A program made the translations under genes and the position numbers. 64,000 nucleotides of DNA from Chiloscyllium plagiosum (lineage: Eukaryota): positions 10,751,646 to 10,815,645 of the forward strand of contig NC_057749.1 of the NCBI RefSeq assembly GCF_004010195.1. The letters are read 5' to 3'. Below, piece after piece: positions 26,451-38,824 of this stretch; position 1 is the first letter of the stretch; each line of letters begins with the position of its first letter. Below the pieces are notes generated by a model. It was given only the letters and a program-made list of their open reading frames with translations. It ran no database searches and was not told where the DNA came from.

Positions 26451-27515
26451 GGCTTCTGAAAGTCCACGGCTGTCTATGTAGCTGTACATTAGGCACGAAC
26501 AGGCTTGGGTGCAGCTCCAAAGCCTTGTGCAGTCAGCAGCTTGCTATCTCTCACTGTCAAAGCTCAACCCTGAGAAATGGCCACTGAGGCAAGACATGAG
26601 ATTGTGAACAAAAGGAAAATCAGGGGAAAGGAAAGCAGGAAATTAGTGAACGGGTTGTACAATTGCTCTATTTTCATGTATAGTTGATGAGCTGGACCAG
26701 TTTGTGTCATTCTGAAGTTTTCCTAGATTATCCTTCAGGAGAGACAGACAGAGAGAGAAGGAATTAAAGCTGGGAAGGAGAAGTGAAAATTGTGTTTTTT
26801 TTAAAAGAAAGAAAGACAACAGGTCTGGGTGCAGTTAGAGCAGCAAACTAAGGTTAAGAGTATTACACACATATAAGATTTACACTTCCACACAGGACAT
26901 AGTCTCCCCTCAGCTGGGAATACAGGAAAATGTGCTCATGTGTATTCCTATCTCCGAGCGGTAATTGTATTTGCATCTTGTTTGCATACTGTCACATCTC
27001 CTTTAAGAGACATTAAATAAATCACGGATCACTGGGCCATTCCAAATCATGCTGCCTTAATATTTTGTCAATTGACTGCGTTTGCAGCCTATTTGTTTCA
27101 TGACTTTAACCAAATCAATCCAATTTACCTTGACAAATACCATCAGCGCTGCAATGACAGTAACACAGGGAGAAAAGGCAAACAGAAAATTACAGTAATT
27201 GGAATCACAAAATGGCAGCTGCCGTTCTTTAGCCCCAAGGTCAGAAAAAAAAATCAAGCTGCTTAAAATAAGCTCTGTCTACACCGAACCACCATTCACA
27301 GACGTCTTTGAGCCTCACCATTGTTTAACATTGTGAAATAGCATTCAGTACTGTTTTCTCACTTGCAAAGGTATGCCTTTGGCACAGACTGGTGATGGAA
27401 ACCAGAGAAAAGGAAGAGTTACATTTCATGGCACCATTTGCCACTCAGAATGTCCCATAATGCTTTGCAACCAAAAAAGTACTTTAAGACACCCTGCAGT
27501 CAAATTACGCACAGC

Positions 27516-28015
27516 AAGTTAGGAGAGTGATGGAATACTCCCCACTTGCCTGGATGGGTGCAGCTCCTACAGCTCTCAAGAGGCTAGACACCATCCAGGA
27601 CAAAGCAGCCTGCTAGATTGACACCGCATCCACTCCCTCCACCACCGATGCTCAATAGCAGCAGTGTATAATATCTACAACACGCATTGCAGAAATTCAC
27701 CAAGGTTCATTAGTCGGCACCTTCCAAACCCACGACCACTTCCATCTAGAAGGACGAGGGCAGCAGATACATGGGAACACCGCCACCTTCAAGTTCCCCT
27801 CCAAGCCACTCGCCATCCTGACTCGGAAACATATTGCCATTCCTTCATTGTCACTGGGTCAAAATCCTGGAATTCTCACCCTAAGGGCATTGTGGGTCAA
27901 GCCACAGCAGGTGGACTGCAATGGTTCAAGAAGGCAGCTCACCACCTCCCTTCTTAAGGGGCAACTAGGGACAGGCAATAAATGCTGGGCCCAGCCAGTG
28001 ATGCCCACTTCCCAT
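27516..28015 (+). mobile_element. Non-LTR retrotransposon (CR1/L2-group) ORF2 3' end
   Basis: VMEYSPLAWMGAAP..LDTIQDKAA; tail GGGCAACTAGGGACAGGCAATAAATGCTGG. Confidence 0.75.
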
Positions 28016-28289
28016 AAATGAATAAATATAAATAAAACTCCCACAAACATTAATAATGACTGGATCATTGATAATACTAATGTTGGTTTGACTGATAAAT
28101 ATTGGCTGAGACACTGAGGAAAGATTCTCTCCTGTTCTTCAAAGCAGTGCTGTGGGATCGTCGCATGCCCCTGACCAACAGGACCACAGTTTCCTGTTCT
28201 CAGCTGAAAGACAGCAAATGCAACAGTGCAGCACTCCCTCAGCATGGTCTTTCTGGGTCAGCCTAGACTTTCCTGTCTGAATTTGGAGT

Positions 28290-28805
28290 ACTGCATGCAG
28301 GAAGGATGTTATTAAACTGGAAAGGGTACAAAAATGATTTGCAATGATGCTACAAAGACTGGAGGCTTTGAATTATAAGGAGGCAGCTGGATTGGCTGTG
28401 AAAATTTTCCCTGGAGTGTCAGAGGCTGAGAGTGCACCTTGTAGAGGTTTATAAAATCATGACGGGCATCGATAAGGTAAATAGCTCAGGTCGTTTCCCT
28501 AGGGTGGGGGTATCCAAAACTAGAGGGCATAGGTTTAAGGTGAGAGGGGAAAGATTTAAAAGGGACCGAAATTGTAGCATTTTCACGCAGAGGGTGGTGC
28601 GTGTATGGAATAAACAGCCAGAGGAAGTGGGGGAAGCTGGTACAATTACAACATTTTAAAGGCATCTAGATGGATGTTTGAATAGGAAGGGTTTGGAAGG
28701 ATTTGGGCAAAATGCTGGCAAACAGGGCTAGATTAATTTAGGACGAGTCAGTCAGCATGGATGAGTTAGGCCAAAGGGTTCTGTACAGCTCTGTAAGTCT
28801 ATGAC
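28290..28805 (+). mobile_element. CR1 LINE 3' fragment
   Basis: LVEVYKIM..SKTRGHRFKVRGERF..FTQRVVRVWN. Confidence 0.85.
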
Positions 28806-29164
28806 CATCCCCGGCAAGATCCCCTCTAAGCCACTCACCATCCTGACCTGGAAATATATTGCCATTCCTTCAGTGTTCCTGGGTCCAACTCATGGAACTC
28901 CTCACTAATAGCAATGGGTGGCCCTAAACCACAAGGACTAAAGTGATTCAAGAAGGCAGCTCCCCACCAACAGTCAGGATGGGCATTGGTAGTTTTGCCC
29001 TGGGTGCCAACATCTCAAGAATAGATAAGAAACACCTGCAAACTGAATTCAGACAGTCTGACAGAGGGAGTCTCGCACAGACTGTGATTCAACCTTGTGT
29101 TTTGATCCACAAGGCAATGTCACGAGAAAAGTAATTTACTTCTGCCACTCGAGGACGACCTTAC

Positions 29165-29211
29165 ATTGTTGCACTTATGAGGATTGACAAATTCTTCCAA
29201 ACGTGGTGAAG
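29165..29211 (-). CDS. Candidate 47-bp exon, possibly an upstream CCDC33 linker exon (phase 1 to 0)
   Basis: Pyrimidine-rich acceptor ..CCTCCATTCTGCCAG| and donor |GTAAGG; open frame SPRLEEFVNPHKCNN; phase-compatible with the exon starting at 16956; no recognised homology. Confidence 0.25.
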
Positions 29212-29392
29212 CTGGCAGAATGGAGGTTTTCAGAGAGAGGATAAAACAGTGGAATTCAGTCATCAAAAACTCAAAATCATCTCTAATCAAAAGATAAACT
29301 GGGTTTCTGACCTGCAGCATTGCATATGCCTGCACTCGCAGTGTGCTGGGAGAGAGACTGAGGGCACATACAATGGTTAGCTAAGCAGCCTC

Positions 29393-29949
29393 CTTCTGGA
29401 ATGTGCCTACGCAGAAGAAGTCTGGAGAGGAATGCAGTGGTGTTTGTCGAGGTTCGTCCCGAGCAGCGCCGTGACGCGGGACTCCGTGCTCTACGGTCTG
29501 TTCCCCAGGATGCACACCGACACGAACGTCAACTGCGCCTGGAGGATCATCAACTCGGTCAAAGACTCTCTTTGGTCTGTCCGAAACCTGTTGGTCTTCC
29601 AGCTGAAGGAGCTGACCCCGACTGAGTGTTGCGGACTGGCATATTCCAAGGTCCAGGACTTGAGGGATGCGCTGAAGCTTGGGGCAGCTGCCACCAAGGC
29701 ACGGTGGGGAAAGACCACCATGTAACATCTACCTACCAAAGAAAAACAGGGGGCCCACTCAGTAAGTGGGCTCCGCTGAAGCCTCAGCTAAATATATGGA
29801 TGGTAAATGTACAGACCTGTATATACAAATGATTAATTTACGATCTCTCTATGTAAAGAAATGGAATGTAAATGTATGTATGACACCACCAATTGTACAG
29901 ATCATCAAAATATTTTATGAATAAAGTATATTTTTGAAATAAAAAAAAA
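29393..29949 (+). mobile_element. L1/Tx1-type LINE, 5'-truncated 3' end with poly(A)
   Basis: LLECAYAEEVW..LYGLFP..AWRIINSVKDSLWSVRN; AATAAA and A-tail; imperfect 18-bp flanking repeat (29375-29392, 29950-29967). Confidence 0.75.
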
Positions 29950-30232
29950 GATTAGTTGAGCAGCCTCAACCACACAGCTGTGTTTAACCGGCCTGGCATT
30001 GAGATCACAGTGCAGTGTGGCTGTGACACACGTTTCAACACCACAGCCCAGCCCACAAACAGCTTCCTGAGTCTGTTCCCAAGTCGGTACACAGTACAGG
30101 ACAATGTAAAGTAGCTGTTTGTAAGGACATTTGTATGTCAGATATTTAAATTAGCACCCCTGTATGGAATCATATTTGTAAGTACAAGTGTTTGAAATTC
30201 AACTGTTTGTAAATCAGGGACCCCCTGTATAT

Positions 30233-30515
30233 GAATCATAGAATCCCTATTATGTGGAAACAGGCTGTTTGACCCATTGAATCTGCACCAACCGTCCCAC
30301 CCCTGTACTCTATCCCTGTATTTCCCACGCTTAACCCACCTAGCCTGCACATCCCTGGAGACTTTAGCATGGCCAATCCCCCCACCTTTGGACTGTGGGG
30401 GGAAATCCAGAGCACCCGGAGGGAGCACATGCAGACACAGGGAGAACCTACAAACTCCATACAGGTCCCAGGTCCCTGGCACTGTGAGGTGGCATTGCTA
30501 ACCACTGTGCCACCC
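30233..30515 (-). mobile_element. HE1-type SINE (diverged)
   Basis: Reverse A-box, V-domain remnant and CR1-like tail. Confidence 0.75.
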
Positions 30516-31724
30516 ACAAGGTTGGTGACAATTAGATGCAGGACAGTGAATGTAAACTGTGAGCAGGTTGAAATGGGCAATGATTCCACAGGTCTACCCA
30601 AAACAAAACTCCCAATAGTACCATCACACGAGTGATTTGTGATGAGCTGCAGTGAATCATACTTTCCAAATTTGAGTTACTCTTCGATTCAGAAACAATA
30701 TGAAATCCAGTTTCCCCGAGACCAGAGCCAAGAACATGGCTTACTATCCACTGGACACCCTTTGCACCTCAGCAACACACTAGCCTCTATATTCCTAACA
30801 TCTATCTACAAAGAACACCGCAACCTCATAACGCCAGGGATCCAAGTTCAATTCCACCCTTGGGGGACTGTCCGTGTGGAGTTTGCACATTCTTGCCATG
30901 TCTGCATGGGTTTGCTCTGGTTTCCTCCCACAGTCCTAAGATGCGCAGGTTACGGTGGATTGGCCATGGAGAATGCAGGGTTACAAGGGTGGGATGTGTT
31001 TCAGAGGATCAGTGTGGACTCAATAGGCCAAGTGGCCTACTCCCACAACTGTAGAGATCCTATGAATACACTGGGATGTCCCTACACCGAAAGGAGTACA
31101 GCAGCTCAAGAAGGCAACTCACCACCACCTTCTTCTGGGCAATAAATCCTGGCCTAGCTGACATCCCAGCAATGACTAAAGAGAAAGTGTCAAACTCAAC
31201 CTTCTATAAGGTTGTGGAAGAAAGCAAAAGAATGAAGCATTTGTAAAGACTACTGCCTCACACAATTTACATAAAGGATACAATAGTTTTGTTGAATTTA
31301 AGGGTGTAATCTAATTATACAACTCCAATGGCATGCAGAAATGTTCTCGCAGTTTATTATCAGCTGATTGCCTCAACTGGAGAATTGTTCTGTCGAGGCA
31401 CTACCATGGGCATAAGCATAGGTGTCAATCAACTCCACTTTGTGGCTTTATTCGCTTTCCTGTTGGTGTGTTAACACAGGTCAACACCCTGAACAGAAAG
31501 CCACTTGGCAGCTCCAAAACCTGATCGATAATACAACATCTTTGAGATCAATTAAAGACAGCCATTATTGCTAAAAGTACGAGGGAGGAATGTTTTAACC
31601 TTTTAAATCTTTACCTTTGGTACCCGAATTCAAATCTAAATCAGGTTGATGAGATGATATGCCTTTTTCTCTTGCAGTGTCACTACCAGAGTTCATTGGT
31701 TCAGCTCTCACTCCAACTTTCAGT

Positions 31725-32045
31725 GTAGCATGGTGGCTCAGTGGTTAGCACTACTGCCTAACAGCACTAGGGACCTGGGTTCAATTCCAGTCTTGGGTGA
31801 CCATTAGTGTGGAGTTTGGACATTCTCCCGGTGTCTGTGTCGGTTTCTCTGGGTATCTGGCTTTGTCCCACAGTCCAAAGATGAGCAGGTAAGGTGGATT
31901 GCCCATAGTATTCAGGAATTTGTGGGTTAGCTGTGGGAAATGCAGTGTTACAGGGAAAGGGTGAGTCTGGATTGGATGGTCTTTGAAGAGTTGGTGTAGA
32001 CTCAATGGGCTGAATGGTCTGCTCCCACACTGTAGGCATCCAACG
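31725..32045 (+). mobile_element. HE1-type SINE (diverged)
   Basis: GTGGCTCAGTGGTTAGCAC head, GGTTCAATTCC B-box, V domain. Confidence 0.8.
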
Positions 32046-32584
32046 ATTCAGGCTGAGACTGCCCTTATAGTGCGGAGGCAGTCCTACACAGTCAGGGGTG
32101 CCATCTTGCAAATGTGATGTTAAACCAAGACCACCTTCTGCCCTTTAAAATGAAATCCTTATTTTGATTTAAATATGGGCATTGTAGGCGATTACCCCTT
32201 TTGGTAGGAAGAATTAAAAAAAAGCTTATCCTCTGATTGGTGAGCTCTGAGATACAGAGGAATCTGGGTGACCCAGAGCTTGAATACACAATAGGTTCAA
32301 ATGCAGGTACAGTAAGCAATCAGGAAAGCTAATGGAGATGTGATCATTTATTACAAGAGGGCTTGAATAAAAAAGGAGGAGTTTATGTTTCAGTTATACA
32401 GAATTAGAATGAGATTTTATTGTCATGTACACTCAAGTATTGGAGTACAGTGAAAAGTATATAAAGTCCCCATTCTCCAGCCCCATCTTAGATATAAAAC
32501 CAAAACCTCAAAAATAAAACAACAGCAGAAATAAAAGAACACCAAACAGTAAGAAAAAGTATAAAATCTTATCGCCAGGAGATC

Positions 32585-34986
32585 AAAATCACACAACACC
32601 AGGTTATAGTCCAACAGGTTTATTTGAAAGCACTAGCTTTCAGAGCGCTGCTTCTTCATAAAGTGGTTGTGGAGTATAAGATCGTAAGACACAGAATTTA
32701 TAGCAAAAGTTTACAGTGTGATGTAACTGAAATTATATATTGAAAAAGACCTGTTTGGTTAAGTCTCTCATCTTTTAGAATTGGCATGTTGGTTTCAGTT
32801 CTTTCAAATGAAAATCCCAGAACTTCTTTTAAAGGTACATTCTCAAGTGAACTTTAACAATAGGTGCCATGTCGGCCCAGACAATGTGTTGAAGATGTCA
32901 GGTGCCCTGTGTGAGGCTGTCTGTGCCCCAATAGTCAGACTGATTCTAATCTAAAAAAGGGATTTACAGAATCTTACATGGATTCATGCAGTTTTTGAGC
33001 AAAATAAAATGTAATTCTGCAAGTACAAATTCACCCCACAAACTTATATATGTGTGTGTATGCATGTGGGTGTGTGTGCGAGGGGGTATAAGTGTCTATG
33101 AGAGAGTGCATGTGTGTGTGTGAGACTGTGGGAGTGCATCCAGACACACACAACAACCATGGGGACCAAACTTGCCCCCCCAATATACCAACATTTTCAT
33201 GCATTGGTTCGAACAAGACTTCTTCTCTATGCAGGACCTCCAACTAACACTATACACCAGGTATATTGATGACATTTTCTTCCTCTGGACCCACAGCAAG
33301 GAATCACTGAAACAACCACACAGTAGATATCAACGAGTTTCATCCCACCATCAAACTCACCATAGACTACTTTTTAGCATCTGTCTCATTCTTGGATACA
33401 TGCATCTCCATCAAGGATGGGCACCTCAGCACCTCATCCTACCACAAACCCACGGATAACCTCACAATGCTATACTACTCCAGCTTCCACCCAAAACACA
33501 TTAAACAACCATCCCCTATGGACAAGCACTATGCATACACGGGATTGTTCAGATGAGGAGGAATGTGATGGGCACTTGGAAGTGCTCAGGGATGCCCTCA
33601 TAAGAGCAGGATACAATGCTCAACTCATCGACCACCAGTTCCAATGTGCCACAGCAAGAAACTGTAATGACCTCCTCAGGAGACAGACACAAGCTGCAAC
33701 CAACAGGGTACCCTTTGTTGTCCAGTACTTCCCAGGAGCTGAAAAACTACGTCATGCTCTTCGCAGCCTGCAACACATCATCCATGAGGATGAGCACCTC
33801 ACCAAGATCTTCTCCATGCCTCCACTGCTCACCTTTAAACAACCACCAAACCTCAAACAGCTTAAAGGATAACACCATACAACTTTGTCATGGCAGGTGC
33901 TGCAAGATGTGTCAAAGTGTCGACACAGATACGACTATTACACATGGGGACACCTCCCACTATGTACGTAGCAGGTACTCATCTGACTCAGCCAACGTTG
34001 TCTATCTCATACACTGCAGGTAAGGATGCCCTGAGGCATGGTACATTGGCAAGGCCAAGCAAAGGCTACGGCAACAGATGAATGGACACGGCACAACAAT
34101 CAATAGACAGGAGTGTTCCCTCCCAGAGAACACTTCAGTGGTCCGGAACATTCGACCTCAGACCTTCGGGTGACCGTCCTCCAAGGCTGACTTCAGGACA
34201 GGCAACAACGCAAAGTGGCCGAGCAGAGGCTGATAGCCAAGTTCGGTGCCCATGGGGATGGCCTCAATCGGGATCCTGGGTTCATGTCCCCACTGCGTGC
34301 ATGTGTATGCGCACACACACACACAATCCTACAGACCCTTTCTCATACACAAGCTCTCTCTCATACGCTCACACATACACACCCACACATGCACCCTCTC
34401 ACAGACATATACCGCTTTACACTCCCACTCACACACGTACACATACACTCACAGACATTCATAATCGCATACACACACATATAAGTTTGTGGGGTGAATT
34501 TGTACTTGCAGAATTATATTTTATTTTGCTCAAAAACCGCATGAATCCATTTAAGAGTCTGTAAAACTCTTTTTTAGAAGTAGAATCAGTCTGGACATTG
34601 GGGCACAGACAGCCTCACACAGGGTACCTTACACCTTCAATGGATTATCTAGGCCGACATGGCACCTAATGTTCAAGTTCACTTGAGAATGTAACTTAAA
34701 AAAAAGTTCTGGGATTTACATATGAAAGAACTGAAACTAACATGCCCATTCTAGAGATGAGAGACTTAACAAACAATCCAGATGTTTTTCAATATATCAT
34801 TTCAGTTGGACCACACTGTAAACTTTTGCTATAAATTTGTTTCTTATGATCTTATACTCCACAACCACTTGAAGGAGCAGTGCTCCGAAAGCTAGTGCTT
34901 CCAAATAAACCTGTTGGACTATAACCTGGTGTTGTGTGATTTTTAACTTCGTACACCCCAGTCCAACACTGGCACCTCCACATCAT
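32585..34986 (+). mobile_element. Penelope-like retroelement (family A), 5'-truncated, with ~0.5-kb inverted pseudo-LTR
   Basis: 32585-~33055 is the reverse complement of ~34470-34944; RT and GIY-YIG remnants lie between; unpaired 3' tail to 34986. Confidence 0.9.
33138..34290 (+). pseudogene. Frameshifted PLE reverse transcriptase and GIY-YIG endonuclease
   Basis: MGTKLAPQYTNIFM, YTRYIDDIFFLW (RT motifs); RVPFVVQYFP; NVVYLIHCR*GCPEAWYIG (GIY-YIG); AEQRLIAKF..GLNRDPG. Confidence 0.9.
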
Positions 34987-35039
34987 ATCTCTATAAAGGT
35001 TTTGGGAACCACATTAGGGCCTAGCCACAGCCTGAAGTT

Positions 35040-35479
35040 CAAAGTTTGTGAGAAGATTTGTAGCTCGGGTGTTCGTTGCTGTGGCTCTGTTCGCCGAGTT
35101 GGAAGTTTTTGTTGCAAACGTTTCGTCCCCTGTCTAGGTGACATCCTCAGTGCTTGGGAGCCTCCTGTGAAGCGCTTCTGTGGCATTTCCTCCGGCATTT
35201 ATAGTGGCCTGTCCCTGCCGCTTCCGGTTGTCAGTTTCAGCTGTCCGCTGTAGTGGCCGGTATGTTGGGTCCAGGTCGATGTGTTTGTTGATGGAGTTTG
35301 TGGATGAGTGCCATGCTTCTAGGAATTCCCTGGCTGTTCTTTGTTTGGCTTGCCCTATAATGGTAGTGTTGTCCCAGTCGAATTCATGTTGCTTGTCGTC
35401 AACGTGTGTGGCTACTAGGGATAGCTGGTCATGTCATTTCGTGGCTAGTTGATGTTCGTGGATGCGGATCGTTAGCTGA
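35040..35479 (-). mobile_element. PLE 3' end (family D) with GIY-YIG C-terminal remnant
   Basis: Minus strand: QLTIRIHEHQLATK*HDQLSLVATH..HEFDWDNTTIIGQ..REFLEAWHS..INKHIDLDPTY, followed by a 3' UTR containing an HHR. Confidence 0.85.
35114..35153 (-). ncRNA. Minimal hammerhead ribozyme motif (intact core)
   Basis: GCA-CUGAGGA-U-GUCACC uagaca GGGGAC-GAA-ACGU-U-UGC: stem I GCA/UGC, palindromic ACGU stem III, GUU cleavage triplet. Confidence 0.75.
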
Positions 35480-35544
35480 TCGTTAGAAGTCTCAGTCAGC
35501 CTGTGAGTCTCACATCGGTCACTGGAACAGGGTACTATTTGTAG

Positions 35545-36085
35545 ACTATTTGGAGTTCTGTGTACAATATTGGTCTACTTATTTAGGGAAGATGTAATTG
35601 CATTGTAAGCAGTGCAAAGTAGGTCTACCAGACTACGATCTGGAATGTGGGGATGGAAGGTCTCAGTGATAAAGAAAGGCTGGATAGGCTGGGACTGTTT
35701 TCACTGGAGCGGAAGAGGTTGAGAGGTGACCACATAGAGGTTTATAAAATAATGAGAGGCATCGATAGAGTTGATGGTTTCTGTCTTTTCCCTGTACTGG
35801 TGGAGTTCAAGACTATGGAGCACATTTTTAAGGTGAGAGATTTTAAAAAGACACAAGAGGCAAATTTCACTACACAGAGGATGATTCGTGTGTGGAATGA
35901 ACTTCCTGAGGAAGTGTGGATGTGGGTACAACGTTTCAAAGACATTTTTTTAAGTACATGAATAGGAAACGTTTGGAGGAATATGGGCCAGGAGCAGGCA
36001 GATGGGACTAGTTTAGTTTGGGATTATGCTCGGCATGGACTGGTGGGACTGTAGGGTCTGTTTCTGTGCTGTCTGACTCTATGAC
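35545..36085 (+). mobile_element. CR1 LINE 3' fragment
   Basis: ERLDRLGLFSLERKRLRGDHIEVYKIMRG; typical 3' tail. Confidence 0.85.
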
Positions 36086-36292
36086 TGCATGTGTGGTGGT
36101 GATATCTTATGAAGAATGGTTCGTCAGGCAAGGTTTTTATCCTCGGAATTCAGAAGAGGAAGGGGTGACTTGATAGAAAGGTCGAAGATTTTGATGGGTT
36201 TTGACTGAGGGGACCTGGAAACCATGGTCCTTTTTATGGGAGGATGTAGAACAATGGATCACTGCTGAGAAATTGGGATTCACCCATTTAAG

Positions 36293-36500
36293 GTGACCAT
36301 AGACCATAGCAACACGACGGCTGGAGGAAGAGCGCCTCATCTTCCGCCTAGGAACCCTCCAACCACAAGGGATGAACTCAGATTTCTCCAGTTTCCTCAT
36401 TTCCCCTCCCCCCACCTTGTCTCAGTCAAATCCCTCGAACAGCAACACATTTTCAGCTCTGATCTCCAGCATCTGCAGTCCTCACTTTCTCCTAGAAGAG
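36293..36500 (+). mobile_element. PLE family B 3' fragment with internal deletion and 14-bp TSD
   Basis: RRLEEERLIFRLGTLQPQGMNSDF joined to the family B tail; TTCACCCATTTAAG at 36279-36292 and 36501-36514. Confidence 0.85.
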
Positions 36501-38138
36501 TTCACCCATTTAAGACAGAAACGAGTTAAGAGTCAGCTGCAGTGCTATGGGTCTGCAATCAGAATTCTCTCTCATTTCCTTTCCAGCTACAAGGACCCTC
36601 TAAGTGGAAATCAATGCCGTGATTGGCACACCGATGCGCGAGTGCCACCTGGCACACTAGAGCAGCCGTATGCACACACGGCCTTGTAGCTGATACTAAA
36701 CATTGTTTGGAGACACATGTAGACCAGACCATGCAACGATGGCAGAGTCCCTTCCCCTAAAGGGCACTGGTGAAACAAATGAGTATTTTAAGACAATTCC
36801 GACCCCCATTAATCTATTAAGAAATAAAGCTGGGTTTATAAATTGACCTTAAACATCACCAGTGACCACAGTGGGATTCAAACCTTAAGGTTAGCTGACA
36901 CTTCAGTAGGTTCCAATCCAGTGACATTACCACTATACCACTGCCTTCCCCCTTTAGGCTTTACTTTGTGGAAAAGCATTAATCCTCAGGAACATCAATC
37001 TGCATCCAGTGTATGGAGATCAATAATTACAGCAAAAAACCACATCCCCCTTCGTTCTCTCCTGTGGATCTGATGCATCAAACATTCAACAAAAGCCATC
37101 CCAATTAAGCAACTGTCAGGAATGAAGCAGCTCTTTCCACACACTGAAGCTTTAAGTGGGATCGGTTTTAGTGAAGCAGGGTACAATAATTAGTCAAAGG
37201 GAACTAAAGAAAACCTCTTGCTGTCTCATTCCATTAAACCACAATGTTAGCTGGGTGCCGATAACATGAACAGCGCTATTGATGACTTCAGCAGTCTATA
37301 ATGGACCTTAGTGCAAGCATCCTCCTTAAGGTGTGTCTGTCCCAAAGCAACATTCCCAGAGAAGAAAGATATATTTCCCCAGCTCTTTTCTCAATCCCCT
37401 CCAGACACACCAGAAGTGTTTTGCAGCAAATTACCTATGCTCTGAACTGTGGCTAGTGCCCAGATCTTTACACAGCAAGATCCCACAAACAGAAATGTGA
37501 GAATGAACAACTTTTATTTTCCCACTGATGCTGTTTTTGAGGCAGATATTGGGAGAAACATCCCTATTTTTCTCAAAAGAGTGCATTGGTCTCGTTCACC
37601 CTTGCAGTGTGAAAGGTTAATGTTATAGTATGTAAATAGAGAGTCTACAACAAGGCTGTCCAAAAGGGGGGATTAGGACTCTAATGGTGGAATTTGAACC
37701 TTGAGATTAGCCTCAGCATTAGAAGGACCAAGCCAGTGACATTACCACCAAACCATCACATCCCCCCTTTAGTCTTTACGTTGTGGAAAAACATTCATCC
37801 TCAGGTACCTCCATCTGCATCCACTGAACGGAGATCAATAAATACGGCAAAAACCACATTCCCCTTCATAACGAGCTGGACGGTAGCAATGGGGATCATG
37901 AAGCTCCGACTGAGTTTGAACAGTTGTGCTCTCACTCTAACAGACTCTGCTGCTCTTCATTTATAGAGCATCCTGAGGGGTCACAACAACGTTTAGCATC
38001 AACACGGGGTTGTGGTGGGAAAAGGTTTGCGAAGCACTGGTCTACATCATCAGGGATACAGGATTACATGACAACAGAAACTACTGGGAAAGATGGTCCA
38101 ACATTAGGGTTTGTCCTGAGCCTGGGCCACTATAAATT

Positions 38139-38343
38139 CATGATGTGGAGGTGCTGGTGTTGGACTGGGCTGGGCAAGGTCAGAAGTCACATGACCCCAG
38201 GTTATAGTCCAACTGGTTTATTTGAAATCACAAGCTTTTGGAGCGTTGCTCCTTCACCCTGATGAAGGAACAATGCTCCAAAAGCTTGTGATTTCAAATA
38301 GCCGTGTTGGATTGTAACCTGGTGTCATGTGACCTCTGACCCT
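38139..38343. mobile_element. Palindromic PLE derivative (family A)
   Basis: Tail CATGATGTGGAGGTG.., inverted arms centred ~38258, CTGATGAAGGAAC..GCTCCAAAAGCTTGTG. Confidence 0.8.
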
Positions 38344-38824
38344 GTGTATACCGAGGAGATGATGTTAAGTACAAGATGTGCCAACATCCTTGCCTTCCAC
38401 AGTCCCTTTTGATCATAATCAAGGGCAGAACACAAACTGAGACTCCCCATGACGTTAACAAAGCTCATACCTGAGGAAATACTGCTTTCTCCCCCACCCA
38501 GACGGAATCCAGAACTCATTGTCTGTAAATTGGTAGACATAGGAACCCTCATAACTCTGAAGAAGCATTTAGATGTGCCTTTGTGATACCCAGGCATACA
38601 GGGCTATGGACCTAGTGCTGGAAAGTGAAATTCAAATAGTCAGGTTCTTGTTTTTGACAGGCACAGACTCAATGGGCTGAAGGGCCTTTTTCTGTGCTGT
38701 AGATCTCTATGACTCTCTGACCTCGGTTTAATATTTGATCTGAAAAAGTGAAGCTTCTGTCAGTGCACTCCTCTCCGACTGCGCTGGGAGTGTCAGTCAG
38801 AATTTTGTACTCAGAGCCACACAG

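Noticed and set aside
31590..31680. Possible LF-SINE-like head remnant
   Set aside because: Too short and degenerate to call by eye.
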